Shown one piece after another: positions 9,036-18,087 of a DNA stretch of 64,000 nt (its first letter is position 1; every line of letters begins with the position of its first letter). The notes below the pieces were generated by a model that was not told the DNA's origin, did not search any database, and saw only the letters and a list, made by a program, of their open reading frames with translations. The translations under genes were made by a program, and so were the position numbers. Location: the NCBI GenBank assembly GCA_963678065.2, contig CAXXVZ010000005.1, positions 160,001-224,000 on the forward strand, in the 5' to 3' direction. Origin of the DNA: Treponemataceae bacterium. Lineage in GTDB: Bacteria > Spirochaetota > Spirochaetia > Treponematales > Rectinemataceae.

Positions 9036-10655
9036 ATGAAACCGAACAGCACTCCGGGCAAGCACCGGGCCGCGTGGACCGCCGTCGCGGCATGCATGAT
9101 CTTCGCCTCTGCATTTTCCCTTTCCTCCACTCCACTTTTCGCGCAGGCCCAGGACAGCGTGTCCGCCGACGCGAAATCCTATATACAGCTTTTCCAGAGC
9201 ATCTATCAGTTCATACTTCGGAATTACGTCGACGAACCGGATCCCCGGAAGCTGTACGAGGGTGCCATGAAGGGGATGTTCGACGCGCTGGGCGACCCGC
9301 ATTCCATGTTCCTCGACAAGGACATGATGTCCGACCTCACCGAGACGGTGGACGGCAGCTACGCGGGCATCGGACTGTACATCTCCAAGCAGGCGCCCGA
9401 TTCATCCCTGCCGCCCGACGCTCCCCGCTACATCGAGGTCGTATCCCCCATAGAGGACACTCCCGGATGGAAGGCCGGGATACAGCCCGGGGACCTCCTC
9501 ATCAAGATCGACGGGGAGACCACTGCCCCCCTCACTACCGACCAGGCTTCCAAACGCATCAGGGGAGCGGCCGGCACCAACGTGACTCTGACCATCAGGC
9601 GCGGCCAGAGCGTCGAGTTCGATATCGTGGCGACAAGGGCCATCATCCAGCTGCCGACGGTCAAAGAGGCTCTCATCCCGTATAAAGGGAAGACCTACGC
9701 CTACATCAGAATCATCGACTGGGTCCCGCAGACCATGGACAGGATGAAGGAGGCCCTCGCCTCCATCGGCGCAGTCCCGCACGACGGACTCGTCGTCGAT
9801 GTGCGCAGCAACCCGGGCGGCCTCCTCCGCTCCGTCATCGACGTCTCCGACCTCTTCCTCTCGTCGGGCGTCATCGTCTCGACGCGGGGGAGAAACCAGT
9901 CGGAGAACTCCGAATACAAGGCCGATCCAGAGCTCTCCTACCCCGCGGACAAGCCCATGGTCATCCTCATAAACAAAGGATCGGCATCGGCCTCCGAAAT
10001 ATTCGCCGGAGCGCTCAAGGACCACAAGCGCGCCCTCCTCCTCGGCGAGAAGAGTTACGGCAAGGGCTCGGTCCAGCAGATTTTCCCCCTGACGGACACC
10101 GGTTTCAAGCTCACGATGGCCCGCTACTACACGCCGAGCGGTGAAAACATCGACAAGACCGGCATCCCGCCCGACCGCGAGCTGAAGGAAGCCGAGCTCA
10201 CGGAAGCCCAGCTCGCCACCTTCGAGAAGCTCTATGAGTCGGGCAAGATCCCCGAGTTTGCCCGCAAGCATCCCGACGCGACCAACGAGGAGAAGACCGC
10301 CTTCGCCGACTCCCTCTCCTCGGGCCCCTATCCCCTCCCCGGGAAGGTGGTCCGCCGCATGGTCAGGGACGAGTTCAACAGGACGGCGAAAGCGCCCGTA
10401 TATGACCTCGAGTTCGACAGTCAGCTTTCGGGCGCGCTCGACCTCCTCGCCGATCCGGGTTTCGGCAAGCTGCTGGACGAATCGAAATCCGTGAAGGAGC
10501 TTGTCCTCGCGGCGCGCGCGGACAAGGCTTCTTCGGGCGCCCTTGCTGCGGGAAAAAGTACCGCGACGACTCCGGCTTCACTCGCGCCTACCACACCCGC
10601 GACGGACAGCGTCCCCGCAAAAAGGATCGTTCCGCCCGATCGGGACGGAAAGTAG
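9036..10655 (+). CDS. ctpA: C-terminal processing protease (S41 family, PDZ)
   Basis: Signal peptide, LGDPHS, GIG PDZ, DVRSNPGG, SASASEI, SYGKGSVQ, YYTPSG. Confidence 0.93.
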   Translation: MKPNSTPGKHRAAWTAVAACMIFASAFSLSSTPLFAQAQDSVSADAKSYIQLFQSIYQFILRNYVDEPDPRKLYEGAMKGMFDALGDPHSMFLDKDMMSDLTETVDGSYAGIGLYISKQAPDSSLPPDAPRYIEVVSPIEDTPGWKAGIQPGDLLIKIDGETTAPLTTDQASKRIRGAAGTNVTLTIRRGQSVEFDIVATRAIIQLPTVKEALIPYKGKTYAYIRIIDWVPQTMDRMKEALASIGAVPHDGLVVDVRSNPGGLLRSVIDVSDLFLSSGVIVSTRGRNQSENSEYKADPELSYPADKPMVILINKGSASASEIFAGALKDHKRALLLGEKSYGKGSVQQIFPLTDTGFKLTMARYYTPSGENIDKTGIPPDRELKEAELTEAQLATFEKLYESGKIPEFARKHPDATNEEKTAFADSLSSGPYPLPGKVVRRMVRDEFNRTAKAPVYDLEFDSQLSGALDLLADPGFGKLLDESKSVKELVLAARADKASSGALAAGKSTATTPASLAPTTPATDSVPAKRIVPPDRDGK

Positions 10656-10711
10656 CCGGCCGGCATCGCCCGCCACCTGTAAGCCGTGGAAGCCCCAGGC
10701 ATGAGAACGAT

Positions 10712-11608
10712 ATGAGACGGTTCATGCTGCCGCCCGACCGGAAGCCCGGTCCGGCCTGCGAAATCAGGGGTGAACGGGCCCACTATCTCACGCGCGTGCT
10801 GAGGCTGGATGTCGGGGACTCCTTCCCCGCCATGGATTCCGGGGCGTGCTTGTACGATTGTTCCATCCTCGAGAGCTCTCCCGGCAGGGTTCTCCTCTCG
10901 GTACAGAAGGCGGCAGGCAGACCGGAACAGCCGACCGGCGTAGGGAACCCTTTCTGCCAGCCTCAGGAGGCTAGAGTGGGCTCGCCTTTGAAGGCCTCCT
11001 CGGGTGACTATCCGGAACATATTTCCGTCGCAGGTTCCGCCAGCCCGGACCTCTCCGGGCCCCGGATCGTCCTCGTACAGGCCCTGCCCAAGGCGGGCAA
11101 GATGGACCTCATCGTGCGGCAGGCGACGGAAGCGGGAGTATCCCTCGTCCTCCCTGTCCTGTCCCGGCACTGCGTCTCCCGCCCCGAACCTGGCAAGGAT
11201 CGTGCTTCCAGGCGGGAGCGCTGGGAACGCGTCGCCAGAGAAGCCCTGCAGCAGTCCGGCTCCGGCATTCCGACGAGCGTTCACGACATCGTCGATCTGC
11301 GCGAACTCCCGGCCCTCCTCGACAGTCTCTGCACTCCCGCCGGGGAAAGACTCTGCCTGCTCCTCCACGAGGCGCCTCTTGATTCGGCCAGCCTTCATGG
11401 GTATCTTGGCTCGATCCCGGAAACCATCGTCCTGTGCATAGGCCCGGAGGGGGGCTTTTCTCCGGAGGAGAGGTCCTTTCTTCTGGATGGCGGATTCCGG
11501 GTCATGCATCTCAGGGCAGCCGTGCTCAGGACCGAAACGGCAGCACTCTACGCCGTCGCGGCGGTCCAGACAATCATTTCGGAGCGATCAGCATGGAAGC
11601 CAGCCTGA
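10712..11608 (+). CDS. rsmE: 16S rRNA m3U1498 methyltransferase
   Basis: HYLTRVLR, KMDLIVRQATEAGV, EALQQSG, IGPEGGFS, VLRTETA. Confidence 0.93.
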   Translation: MRRFMLPPDRKPGPACEIRGERAHYLTRVLRLDVGDSFPAMDSGACLYDCSILESSPGRVLLSVQKAAGRPEQPTGVGNPFCQPQEARVGSPLKASSGDYPEHISVAGSASPDLSGPRIVLVQALPKAGKMDLIVRQATEAGVSLVLPVLSRHCVSRPEPGKDRASRRERWERVAREALQQSGSGIPTSVHDIVDLRELPALLDSLCTPAGERLCLLLHEAPLDSASLHGYLGSIPETIVLCIGPEGGFSPEERSFLLDGGFRVMHLRAAVLRTETAALYAVAAVQTIISERSAWKPA

Positions 11609-12315
11609 AGCGGCGATCGGAACTGTCCGGGATTCCCCTCGATGCCTTCGATGAAGGTTCACTGGAGGCTTTTGTCGAATCCTGCATGGACGGGAAAAAC
11701 CACCAGATCATCCTCCTCGGCCTCGGAGACCTCGTCCGCGCCCGCGCGCAGGGAGAATACCGGACCATGGTCCAGGGAGCCGACCTGGTCCTTCCTCTGT
11801 CGCCATCCATCCCCTGCGCCGCGCGCCGCTTCGGGATCGAGGACCTGCCCGTCCACGATTCCTTCACCTTCGTCATCAAACTCCTCTCCGCGCTCGAGTC
11901 CAAGGGCAGGTCGGTCTTCCTCGCCGGAGGGAGCAAAAAGCTCCTCGCGAAGGCGGAGCGGAACCTCTTGTCGACCTTTCCTGGACTCAGGCTCGTAGGC
12001 CGCCACTCGGGCGGGTATCCAAAATCCGCCAACGCGCCGCTTATGGAGGCGATCCGGAAGGCCACTCCTACCCTCATCCTCGTCGGGCCTGGTGTTCCCG
12101 GCGCAGAGGCCTGGATACCGGCGACCATGCCGCGCATCAACAGCGGCATCTTCCTCTGGTGCCCCGACATCTTCACAACCCTCGCCACGGGTCGCAGGCG
12201 GAGACCACAGCCATCCCACAGGGAGGCGGGAGCCCGCTCTCCCTCCGCTCCCCTGGCAGCGCGGCTCGCCGGATTCATCGCCTCGGTCAGGTTGAAGTCA
12301 GAGGCAAATACATAA
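11593..12315 (+). CDS. WecB/TagA/CpsF-family glycosyltransferase-like protein
   Basis: ADLVLP, SVFLAGG, FPGLRLVGRHSG, PTLILVG; start moved to ATG 11593. Confidence 0.75.
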   Translation: MEASLKRRSELSGIPLDAFDEGSLEAFVESCMDGKNHQIILLGLGDLVRARAQGEYRTMVQGADLVLPLSPSIPCAARRFGIEDLPVHDSFTFVIKLLSALESKGRSVFLAGGSKKLLAKAERNLLSTFPGLRLVGRHSGGYPKSANAPLMEAIRKATPTLILVGPGVPGAEAWIPATMPRINSGIFLWCPDIFTTLATGRRRRPQPSHREAGARSPSAPLAARLAGFIASVRLKSEANT

Positions 12316-12344
12316 TTTAATTTTACGCAATAAATTATGTATTT
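12306..12344. repeat. Perfect 14-bp AT-rich inverted repeat
   Basis: AAATACATAATTTA-N11-TAAATTATGTATTT. Confidence 0.85.
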
Positions 12345-12395
12345 TTGAGCTGTTTCGGTCGACAGCAAATTAACAACATGTTATAAAGATCAGCT

Positions 12396-13520
12396 ATGTC
12401 GGGAATCCTGTACCTCAATCCTAACTACCTTTCCGCAGACAGGGTCTGGCATTCCCTCTGGAAAGAATTCGATATATCGCTCTGCACGAACTACCGGGAG
12501 GCCCACAAGTGGGTGCGGGATCTCGATCCTTACGTGCTGCTCGTGAGCTACGACCCGCTGTGGCCAGGACTCGCCGACATGCTCGGCAGTTTCCTCGAGG
12601 AAGATGACCGGCACCGACTGATCACCATCCATGGAGAGGGTGAAGCGGAGTGCACAAGGGAATCAATACGGAGATCCATCGGCCGCGATGGCCGCGCGGC
12701 GCGCATCATCCATGTCGACGACGACATATCTTCCATCCGGCAGGCCTTGCTCTCCCTCAAGTATTCCCAGGAGCGAGGGCCAGCGGTTGCGGTCCTCCAA
12801 GGCGTGTCCAAGGCCATCCGCACTGTCAACGAAACTCTCGAAAAATACGCGCCGAGTGAGTTCCCGGTCCTCATCAGGGGAGAAAGCGGCACGGGCAAGG
12901 AACTGGCGGCGCGCAGGATACACGAAGCTTCACCGCGCAGACAGGTCGAAATGATCGCCCTCGACTGCGGAGCGCTGCCGGAGCACCTTACGGAGTCCAT
13001 GCTGTTCGGCTCGGAAAAGGGAGCTTTCACCGACGCCGTAGAGCAGCGCGGGGCACTGGAAGAGGCCGCTGGAGGCACACTCTTTCTCGACGAGATAGGC
13101 AACCTCTCCCTGCCGGGACAGTGCAAGCTCCTCCGGGTCCTCGAGTCCGGAGATTATCGCAGGCTCGGAGGAAAAAAGACCCGGAGGGCGGAGTTCCGTC
13201 TGGTTTCAGCTACATCTCTCGACATCCGGAAAGCCATCCACGCGGGGGGCTTCCGGAACGATCTCTATCACAGGGTCAACACCCTCATCCTGGACATACC
13301 GCCCCTGCGCTCCAGACCCGAGGACATCGAGCCTCTCGCTGTCCTCATGTGCCTCGAACATTCCGGCGGAGCCTGCATCCCCGGCCGGGAGGCGATCGAC
13401 AAACTTCTCTCCCACGACTGGCCGGGGAATGTGCGGGAACTGAGGAACACCATCCAGAGGGCCATCGTGCTCAGCGGCTACAAGGGCGAACTCGGCGGGG
13501 ACGAAATCATCTTCTCCTGA
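12396..13520 (+). CDS. Sigma-54 activator-type AAA+ ATPase with no C-terminal HTH
   Basis: GESGTGKE, GAFTDA, LFLDEIG, FRNDLYHRV, WPGNVRELRN; ends about 20 aa after the sensor II motif. Confidence 0.88.
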   Translation: MSGILYLNPNYLSADRVWHSLWKEFDISLCTNYREAHKWVRDLDPYVLLVSYDPLWPGLADMLGSFLEEDDRHRLITIHGEGEAECTRESIRRSIGRDGRAARIIHVDDDISSIRQALLSLKYSQERGPAVAVLQGVSKAIRTVNETLEKYAPSEFPVLIRGESGTGKELAARRIHEASPRRQVEMIALDCGALPEHLTESMLFGSEKGAFTDAVEQRGALEEAAGGTLFLDEIGNLSLPGQCKLLRVLESGDYRRLGGKKTRRAEFRLVSATSLDIRKAIHAGGFRNDLYHRVNTLILDIPPLRSRPEDIEPLAVLMCLEHSGGACIPGREAIDKLLSHDWPGNVRELRNTIQRAIVLSGYKGELGGDEIIFS

Positions 13521-14254
13521 TCCCCGGCCGCGGCGAGAGTCTTCCGGGCCAGGGAACTCATCTTGTGGAAAAGAGCCTCGAAATAGCGCAGCTCGGAGGT
13601 GGTCATCCCGGCCCGCTCGACGGTGTCCCTGAGAAAGTTCCGGCACTGGGCTCCGTCCGTGATCTTGAAGAAGCCAAGCGAGGCGAGGCTCGATCCGATC
13701 CTCGCGACCGAGGCGTCGGTCTCGGAGCGGGAGACAGGGAGCGCAGAGCCATCCTTCGTCCCTATGGCGGCTCTACGTATCTCGTGGCAGGCGATCTGGA
13801 CAGCCTGGGAAAGGTTGAGCGAGGGAAAGGCCTCGGATGTAGGGATGTGGACGGCGAGAGAGCACAGATCGAGTTCTTCGCCGGAGAGCCCGCTCTTTTC
13901 GTTCCCGAAAACGAGGGCCACCGATCCCTGCCGGCCCGATTCCCGCCCCGCAAAGTCCGTGACGGAGAGAGAAAAGGCCTTCCGCCCCGCTCCCCTCCTT
14001 CGGGTGAATCCGGCGCTCTCGCCGAAGCCGGCCAGGGCGGAGGCGAGATCGGAGAAGCGGACCGCGTTCTCATAGAGGTCGAAGGCGTGGACAGCCATGG
14101 TCCTGATCCTGGCTTCGTCGAAGGAGGGGCAGGCGGCGAGGATCAGCCGCGTGAGTCCCATCGTTTTCATGGCGCGGCAGACGGAGCCCACATTGCCGCC
14201 CTCCTCTGTCCTGCACAGGATAACGGCGAATCGCGAAAGATCGGGTTCGGGCAT
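13478..14254 (-). CDS. trmJ: TrmJ/TrmH-family SPOUT RNA methyltransferase
   Basis: GNVGSVCRAMKTMG, LVFGNEKSGL, SLNLSQAV; alternative start at 14284. Confidence 0.85.
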   Translation of the reverse strand: MPEPDLSRFAVILCRTEEGGNVGSVCRAMKTMGLTRLILAACPSFDEARIRTMAVHAFDLYENAVRFSDLASALAGFGESAGFTRRRGAGRKAFSLSVTDFAGRESGRQGSVALVFGNEKSGLSGEELDLCSLAVHIPTSEAFPSLNLSQAVQIACHEIRRAAIGTKDGSALPVSRSETDASVARIGSSLASLGFFKITDGAQCRNFLRDTVERAGMTTSELRYFEALFHKMSSLARKTLAAAGDQEKMISSPPSSPL

Positions 14255-14348
14255 GATTACCTCCGGGCTGGCGAACCCGTTCATCCTGAATATTTATAAG
14301 GCAATCCGGAATCTTGCGGGCACTGGAAAGCAAAGGTATACTTGGATG

Positions 14349-15107
14349 GTGATTATGGCAAGATCAGGCTCCTCCTCTTCCCTTCCACCCCGGAGGAGGG
14401 CTCTTGTCGTGGGAGGCTCCGGCGGCATAGGCCGCGAAGCGGCCTTCGAACTTGCGTCGCGGGGCATAGAGCTCGTCATCCACGGCGGACACTCGGCAGG
14501 GCGACTCGCCCAGACCATCGAGGCCCTCCGCGCGGAGGGAGGCCGGGCAGAAGGATTTCTCCTCGACATCGAAAAACCGCGGGACTTCGTCGACAGACTT
14601 CCCGAGTTCGGCCTCATCGACATACTCGTCGTCGCCTTCGGTCCTTTCCTGCGCAAAAGTCTTGCCACGACCAGCCCCTCCGACTGGGAGAAACTCGCCC
14701 TCCTCGATCTCGCCCTGCCGGGAGCCCTCGTCTCGCACTGTCTGCCGGCGATGAAAGAGGCCGGCTGGGGCAGGATACTCCTGTTCGGCGGCACGCGGAC
14801 CGACTCGATCCGCGCCTATTCGTCCAACGCGGCCTACGCCGCGGCCAAGACGGGACTGGCCGTGCTGACCAAATCTGCGGCTGCGGAAGGCGCGCCTTAC
14901 GGAATAGGCTGCATCCAGGTCTGTCCCGGACTCGTGGACACCGAGTATCTCGACGACGTCACGAAGAGCGAGCTCGCCGCGAAAGCTCCCGGCGGGGAAC
15001 TCATCGATCCGCGGCATCTCGTTTCCCAGGCCATCGCCCTCCTCCTCGCCGAACCATGCACCGCCTCAGGCGCGGTCATCGCGATGGACGCGGGTCTGGT
15101 CCTTTAG
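14349..15107 (+). CDS. Short-chain dehydrogenase/reductase
   Basis: VVGGSGGIG, YAAAK, VCPG; start uncertain (14346, 14349 or 14355). Confidence 0.88.
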   Translation: MIMARSGSSSSLPPRRRALVVGGSGGIGREAAFELASRGIELVIHGGHSAGRLAQTIEALRAEGGRAEGFLLDIEKPRDFVDRLPEFGLIDILVVAFGPFLRKSLATTSPSDWEKLALLDLALPGALVSHCLPAMKEAGWGRILLFGGTRTDSIRAYSSNAAYAAAKTGLAVLTKSAAAEGAPYGIGCIQVCPGLVDTEYLDDVTKSELAAKAPGGELIDPRHLVSQAIALLLAEPCTASGAVIAMDAGLVL

Positions 15108-15312
15108 CAGAGCGCCCAAAAAACGCGAAGGAGGTTTTCCGCGGACCCTTTTGAGCCGCCGACCGCGTTCGGGCTGTCGATCCGCGCAGTCGACAGTTTG
15201 ACAGCGCATCGGGCCGACCGTTACTATAGTCGAAGACTCTCGAGGAAACTCGTGTCATGCCGGCGGCGGCCCCCTTCAGGGAACTGCGTCCGCCGGATGA
15301 AAAGGAAGGGAG

Positions 15313-15885
15313 ATGCTCCCGATCGCGGACAATCCATCGTCGCCGCCTCCGGATACTGGACTCTCTGCGGACATTCTTCCCGTGGCGGGATGCCCTTCCT
15401 GCGCCCGGGTAGTGCTCGCGGGCTATCTCGACCTCCACACCATCCCCGCCTTCAAGGATGCCATGGCGGCTGCGCGCACGGAATCCGTGGACAGAGTGAT
15501 CCTGGACTGCCAGGCCTTGAGCTTCATCTCGGCCTCGGGCATCGGAGCCCTCGTCGCCCTGTCCAAGGAGCTCTCCGAACGCTCGGGCGAACTCATTCTC
15601 GCGGGAATTTCCGCAAAAGCATTCAGGATGTTTCAGCTTCTCGGCTTTTCCGAGTATTTCATCCGTGCAAATTCGAGCCTCGCTGCGATAGAATATGTAA
15701 GGACGACCAGCACACGGGGTTTCCCCCGCGCCCAGGCCTGCCCTTCCTGCGGCGCGACACTGACGGTGCCGGCCCCGGGCAGGTACCGGTGTCAGGCTTG
15801 CGGCTTCGACCTGGTCGTCGGACCCGATGCGGCCGCGCCGCCGGGCGCGGGGCACGTGGAACACGATGAAGGAGGAACGCAATGA
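15313..15885 (+). CDS. STAS anti-sigma-factor antagonist with C-terminal zinc ribbon
   Basis: LAGYLDLHT, ILDCQALSFISASGIG, FQLLGF; CPSC...GRYRCQAC. Confidence 0.85.
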   Translation: MLPIADNPSSPPPDTGLSADILPVAGCPSCARVVLAGYLDLHTIPAFKDAMAAARTESVDRVILDCQALSFISASGIGALVALSKELSERSGELILAGISAKAFRMFQLLGFSEYFIRANSSLAAIEYVRTTSTRGFPRAQACPSCGATLTVPAPGRYRCQACGFDLVVGPDAAAPPGAGHVEHDEGGTQ

Positions 15886-16268
15886 ACACTCTCGACAAGA
15901 TCGAAGAGTACTTGATCGATCTGGGCATTTCCTACCAGGAATTATCCCCGACGGCCTGGCTCCTCGAAGATGAAGCGAAAGGTCTTCCCGCGATGGTGGC
16001 TTCGCACGCCGGCCCGGTCGTCATGATCCGGGCGGAAGTGATGAAAGTTCCCCAGTCCGGGAAGGAAGCCCTGTACGCGAAACTCCTCTCGCTCAATTCC
16101 TCGGATCTCCTGCATGGCGCCTACGCCCTTGACGGCGATAAGGTTGTCATACTAGACACTCTGGAGTACGAGGGCATGGACAAATCCGAATTCGGAGCGT
16201 CGCTCGAGGCCATGGGTTTCGCGCTCGAGGAGCATTATCCGGTACTTTCCCGCTTCGAGGAAAAATAG
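15882..16268 (+). CDS. CesT/YbjN-type chaperone-like protein
   Basis: Acidic 128-aa protein with KLLSLN..DLLHGAYAL and ILDTLE; ATGA-coupled and directly upstream of pspA. Confidence 0.75.
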   Translation: MNTLDKIEEYLIDLGISYQELSPTAWLLEDEAKGLPAMVASHAGPVVMIRAEVMKVPQSGKEALYAKLLSLNSSDLLHGAYALDGDKVVILDTLEYEGMDKSEFGASLEAMGFALEEHYPVLSRFEEK

Positions 16269-16280
16269 GAGGATCGATAT

Positions 16281-16991
16281 ATGGGTATCTTCGATAGAAT
16301 CAAGACAGTCGTGTCTTCGAACATCAACGACATGATCAGCAAGGCCGAAAATCCGGAAAAAATGCTCAACCAGCTGGTTGTCGACATGAACCAGCAGATG
16401 ATCGATTCCAAGAAAGCCGTGGCCATGGCGATCGCCGACGAGAAAAAACTCGAGCGCGACATGCTCGAGAACAAGGCCAGGGCGGACGAGTGGGAAAAGA
16501 AAGCGATGCTGGCCGTCCGCGCAGGACGCGATGATCTCGCCAAGGAAGCCCTTCTCCGCAAACAGGAATTCGAAGGTTACGCCGCCCAGCTCTCGACGCA
16601 GTGGCAGGCGCAGAAGGCCTCCGTCGAGAAGCTCAAGGATTCCCTCCGCCAGCTCCAGGCCAAGATCGACGAGGCCGGCCGCAAAAAAAACATCCTCATC
16701 GCGAGGGCGAAGCGCGCCGAGGCCCAGGACAGGATCAACCAGACCATGTCCAGCCTGAGCGGCAACAAGAGCGCCTTCGACACCTTCGAGAGAATGGCCA
16801 AAAAGGTCGACGAAATCGAGGCCAAGGCCGAGGCCCACAAGGAACTCGAGGATCTCTCCACATCCGCGAGCCTCGAGAAGCAATTCGCCATGCTTGAATC
16901 CTCCTCTGGGGTGGGTGCTGACGCCATGCTCGAGGATCTCAAGCGCAAGATGCTCACCCAGGATGCCGGAACCGAGGGCGGGCAGAGCTGA
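16281..16991 (+). CDS. pspA: PspA/IM30 family protein
   Basis: MGIFDRIK, ENPEKML, WEKKAMLAVRAGRDDLAKEAL, AFDTFERM, LEDLK. Confidence 0.95.
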   Translation: MGIFDRIKTVVSSNINDMISKAENPEKMLNQLVVDMNQQMIDSKKAVAMAIADEKKLERDMLENKARADEWEKKAMLAVRAGRDDLAKEALLRKQEFEGYAAQLSTQWQAQKASVEKLKDSLRQLQAKIDEAGRKKNILIARAKRAEAQDRINQTMSSLSGNKSAFDTFERMAKKVDEIEAKAEAHKELEDLSTSASLEKQFAMLESSSGVGADAMLEDLKRKMLTQDAGTEGGQS

Positions 16992-17010
16992 ACGGAATCG
17001 GGAGCCAACG

Positions 17011-17718
17011 ATGAAGGCGCTGCTCGTAGCGGACAAAGAGCCCTATCTCCATTACAGGACCAGGCCGGCGGAAGCCGGACGGTCTCCCGGAATGGAGACG
17101 GGCGCGGAGCAGGAACAGGGACGCGTCATCAAGGCATCCTCGGCCCGCGGAGGGCTTTTCGTCCCCGAGCCCTCCATCACGATAGAAGTGACTCCCCGTC
17201 CCGTCTTCGAGACGAAAGCCGACATCTACATCATCCCGGCACACATCTTTACGGGCCTGCGCACGAACGAACGCCCCCACCCCTCATTCGCCTACGGTCC
17301 CGTCAACCTGATGGAAGCCGCCTTCGGCGCGGGCTGCATGGATTACCTGCGGGAGCCTTGGATCATTCCGGAGCTCGAGGCGCGCACAATACGCTACGAG
17401 ACACTCAGGTTCCGCGTCGCCGGGCGCCTCGTGACCGTGACCTCCCGCCGGATGAGCTGCGAAAACGGAGAGCCGGTGCCCCTTCGGCATGGCGAGTATG
17501 TGGCTCTCCGGGTTCTCATCATGAATCACTGCCAGTGCGTCTCACGCGAGACGCTGGAGTTCGCCATCTGGGGCAGCCTGAGGCCCAAGTCCCGCTCCCT
17601 CGATGTCCTCATCTCCTCCCTCCGCTCCTGTCTCGAGAAAATCGCCCCCGGCGGAGGGGATGCCCTCACGTCCTCTCGCGGCTTCGGCTACATGCTCGAG
17701 ACGGAATCCTGCGGTTGA
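17011..17718 (+). CDS. OmpR/PhoB-type winged-helix protein with a degenerate receiver domain
   Basis: C-terminal SRETLE..IWG, RSLDVLISSLR, SRGFGYML; AFGAGCMDYLREPW, where E replaces the conserved K. Confidence 0.75.
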   Translation: MKALLVADKEPYLHYRTRPAEAGRSPGMETGAEQEQGRVIKASSARGGLFVPEPSITIEVTPRPVFETKADIYIIPAHIFTGLRTNERPHPSFAYGPVNLMEAAFGAGCMDYLREPWIIPELEARTIRYETLRFRVAGRLVTVTSRRMSCENGEPVPLRHGEYVALRVLIMNHCQCVSRETLEFAIWGSLRPKSRSLDVLISSLRSCLEKIAPGGGDALTSSRGFGYMLETESCG

Positions 17719-17728
17719 AACGACAGGT

Positions 17729-18004
17729 TGTGGATAACTTGTGAGGATAAACGGGACAAAGCGGCGAAGCGCAGGCTGGGCCTCTCCGTTCCGGCGCCGA
17801 TTGTGCGGGTCATGTTCATTTCCTGTTGAAACATCCTGTGGAAATAAAATAATTCATATTGACAGATGTATTTAAAACAATAATTCCCTTCGACGCCGAC
17901 GGACCCTTTGCGCGGCTCTTCACGGAAGTCATTGCACCTCAACACTTTCCGGCTGAAGCGTTTCGGGAACATCCTGTGGATAAGTTGTTCATAGCGGTGG
18001 AAAA
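17729..18004. promoter_or_regulatory. DnaA-box cluster with AT-rich core
   Basis: Perfect TGTGGATAA at 17729 and 17975; TGAGGATAA at 17742; degenerate boxes at 17837 and 17996; AT-rich 17843-17886. Confidence 0.7.
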
Positions 18005-18087
18005 GAAAAAGAGGGGAAACAGCGCCATGCATGCGACAAGCGGCATGAGCTTGCATCCCCTCCTTGCAGTCCGCAGACGTGGGTCGT

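Noticed and set aside
10900..11060. Insertion of about 45 aa in RsmE (similar inserts in the OppC-like permease and the thioesterase)
   Set aside because: These are in-frame, linker-like expansions with no intein or mobile-element signatures.
12396..13520. PspF assignment for the sigma-54-type activator
   Set aside because: It has an N-terminal domain, lacks an HTH and the PspF W56-loop Trp, and is separated from pspA by unrelated genes.
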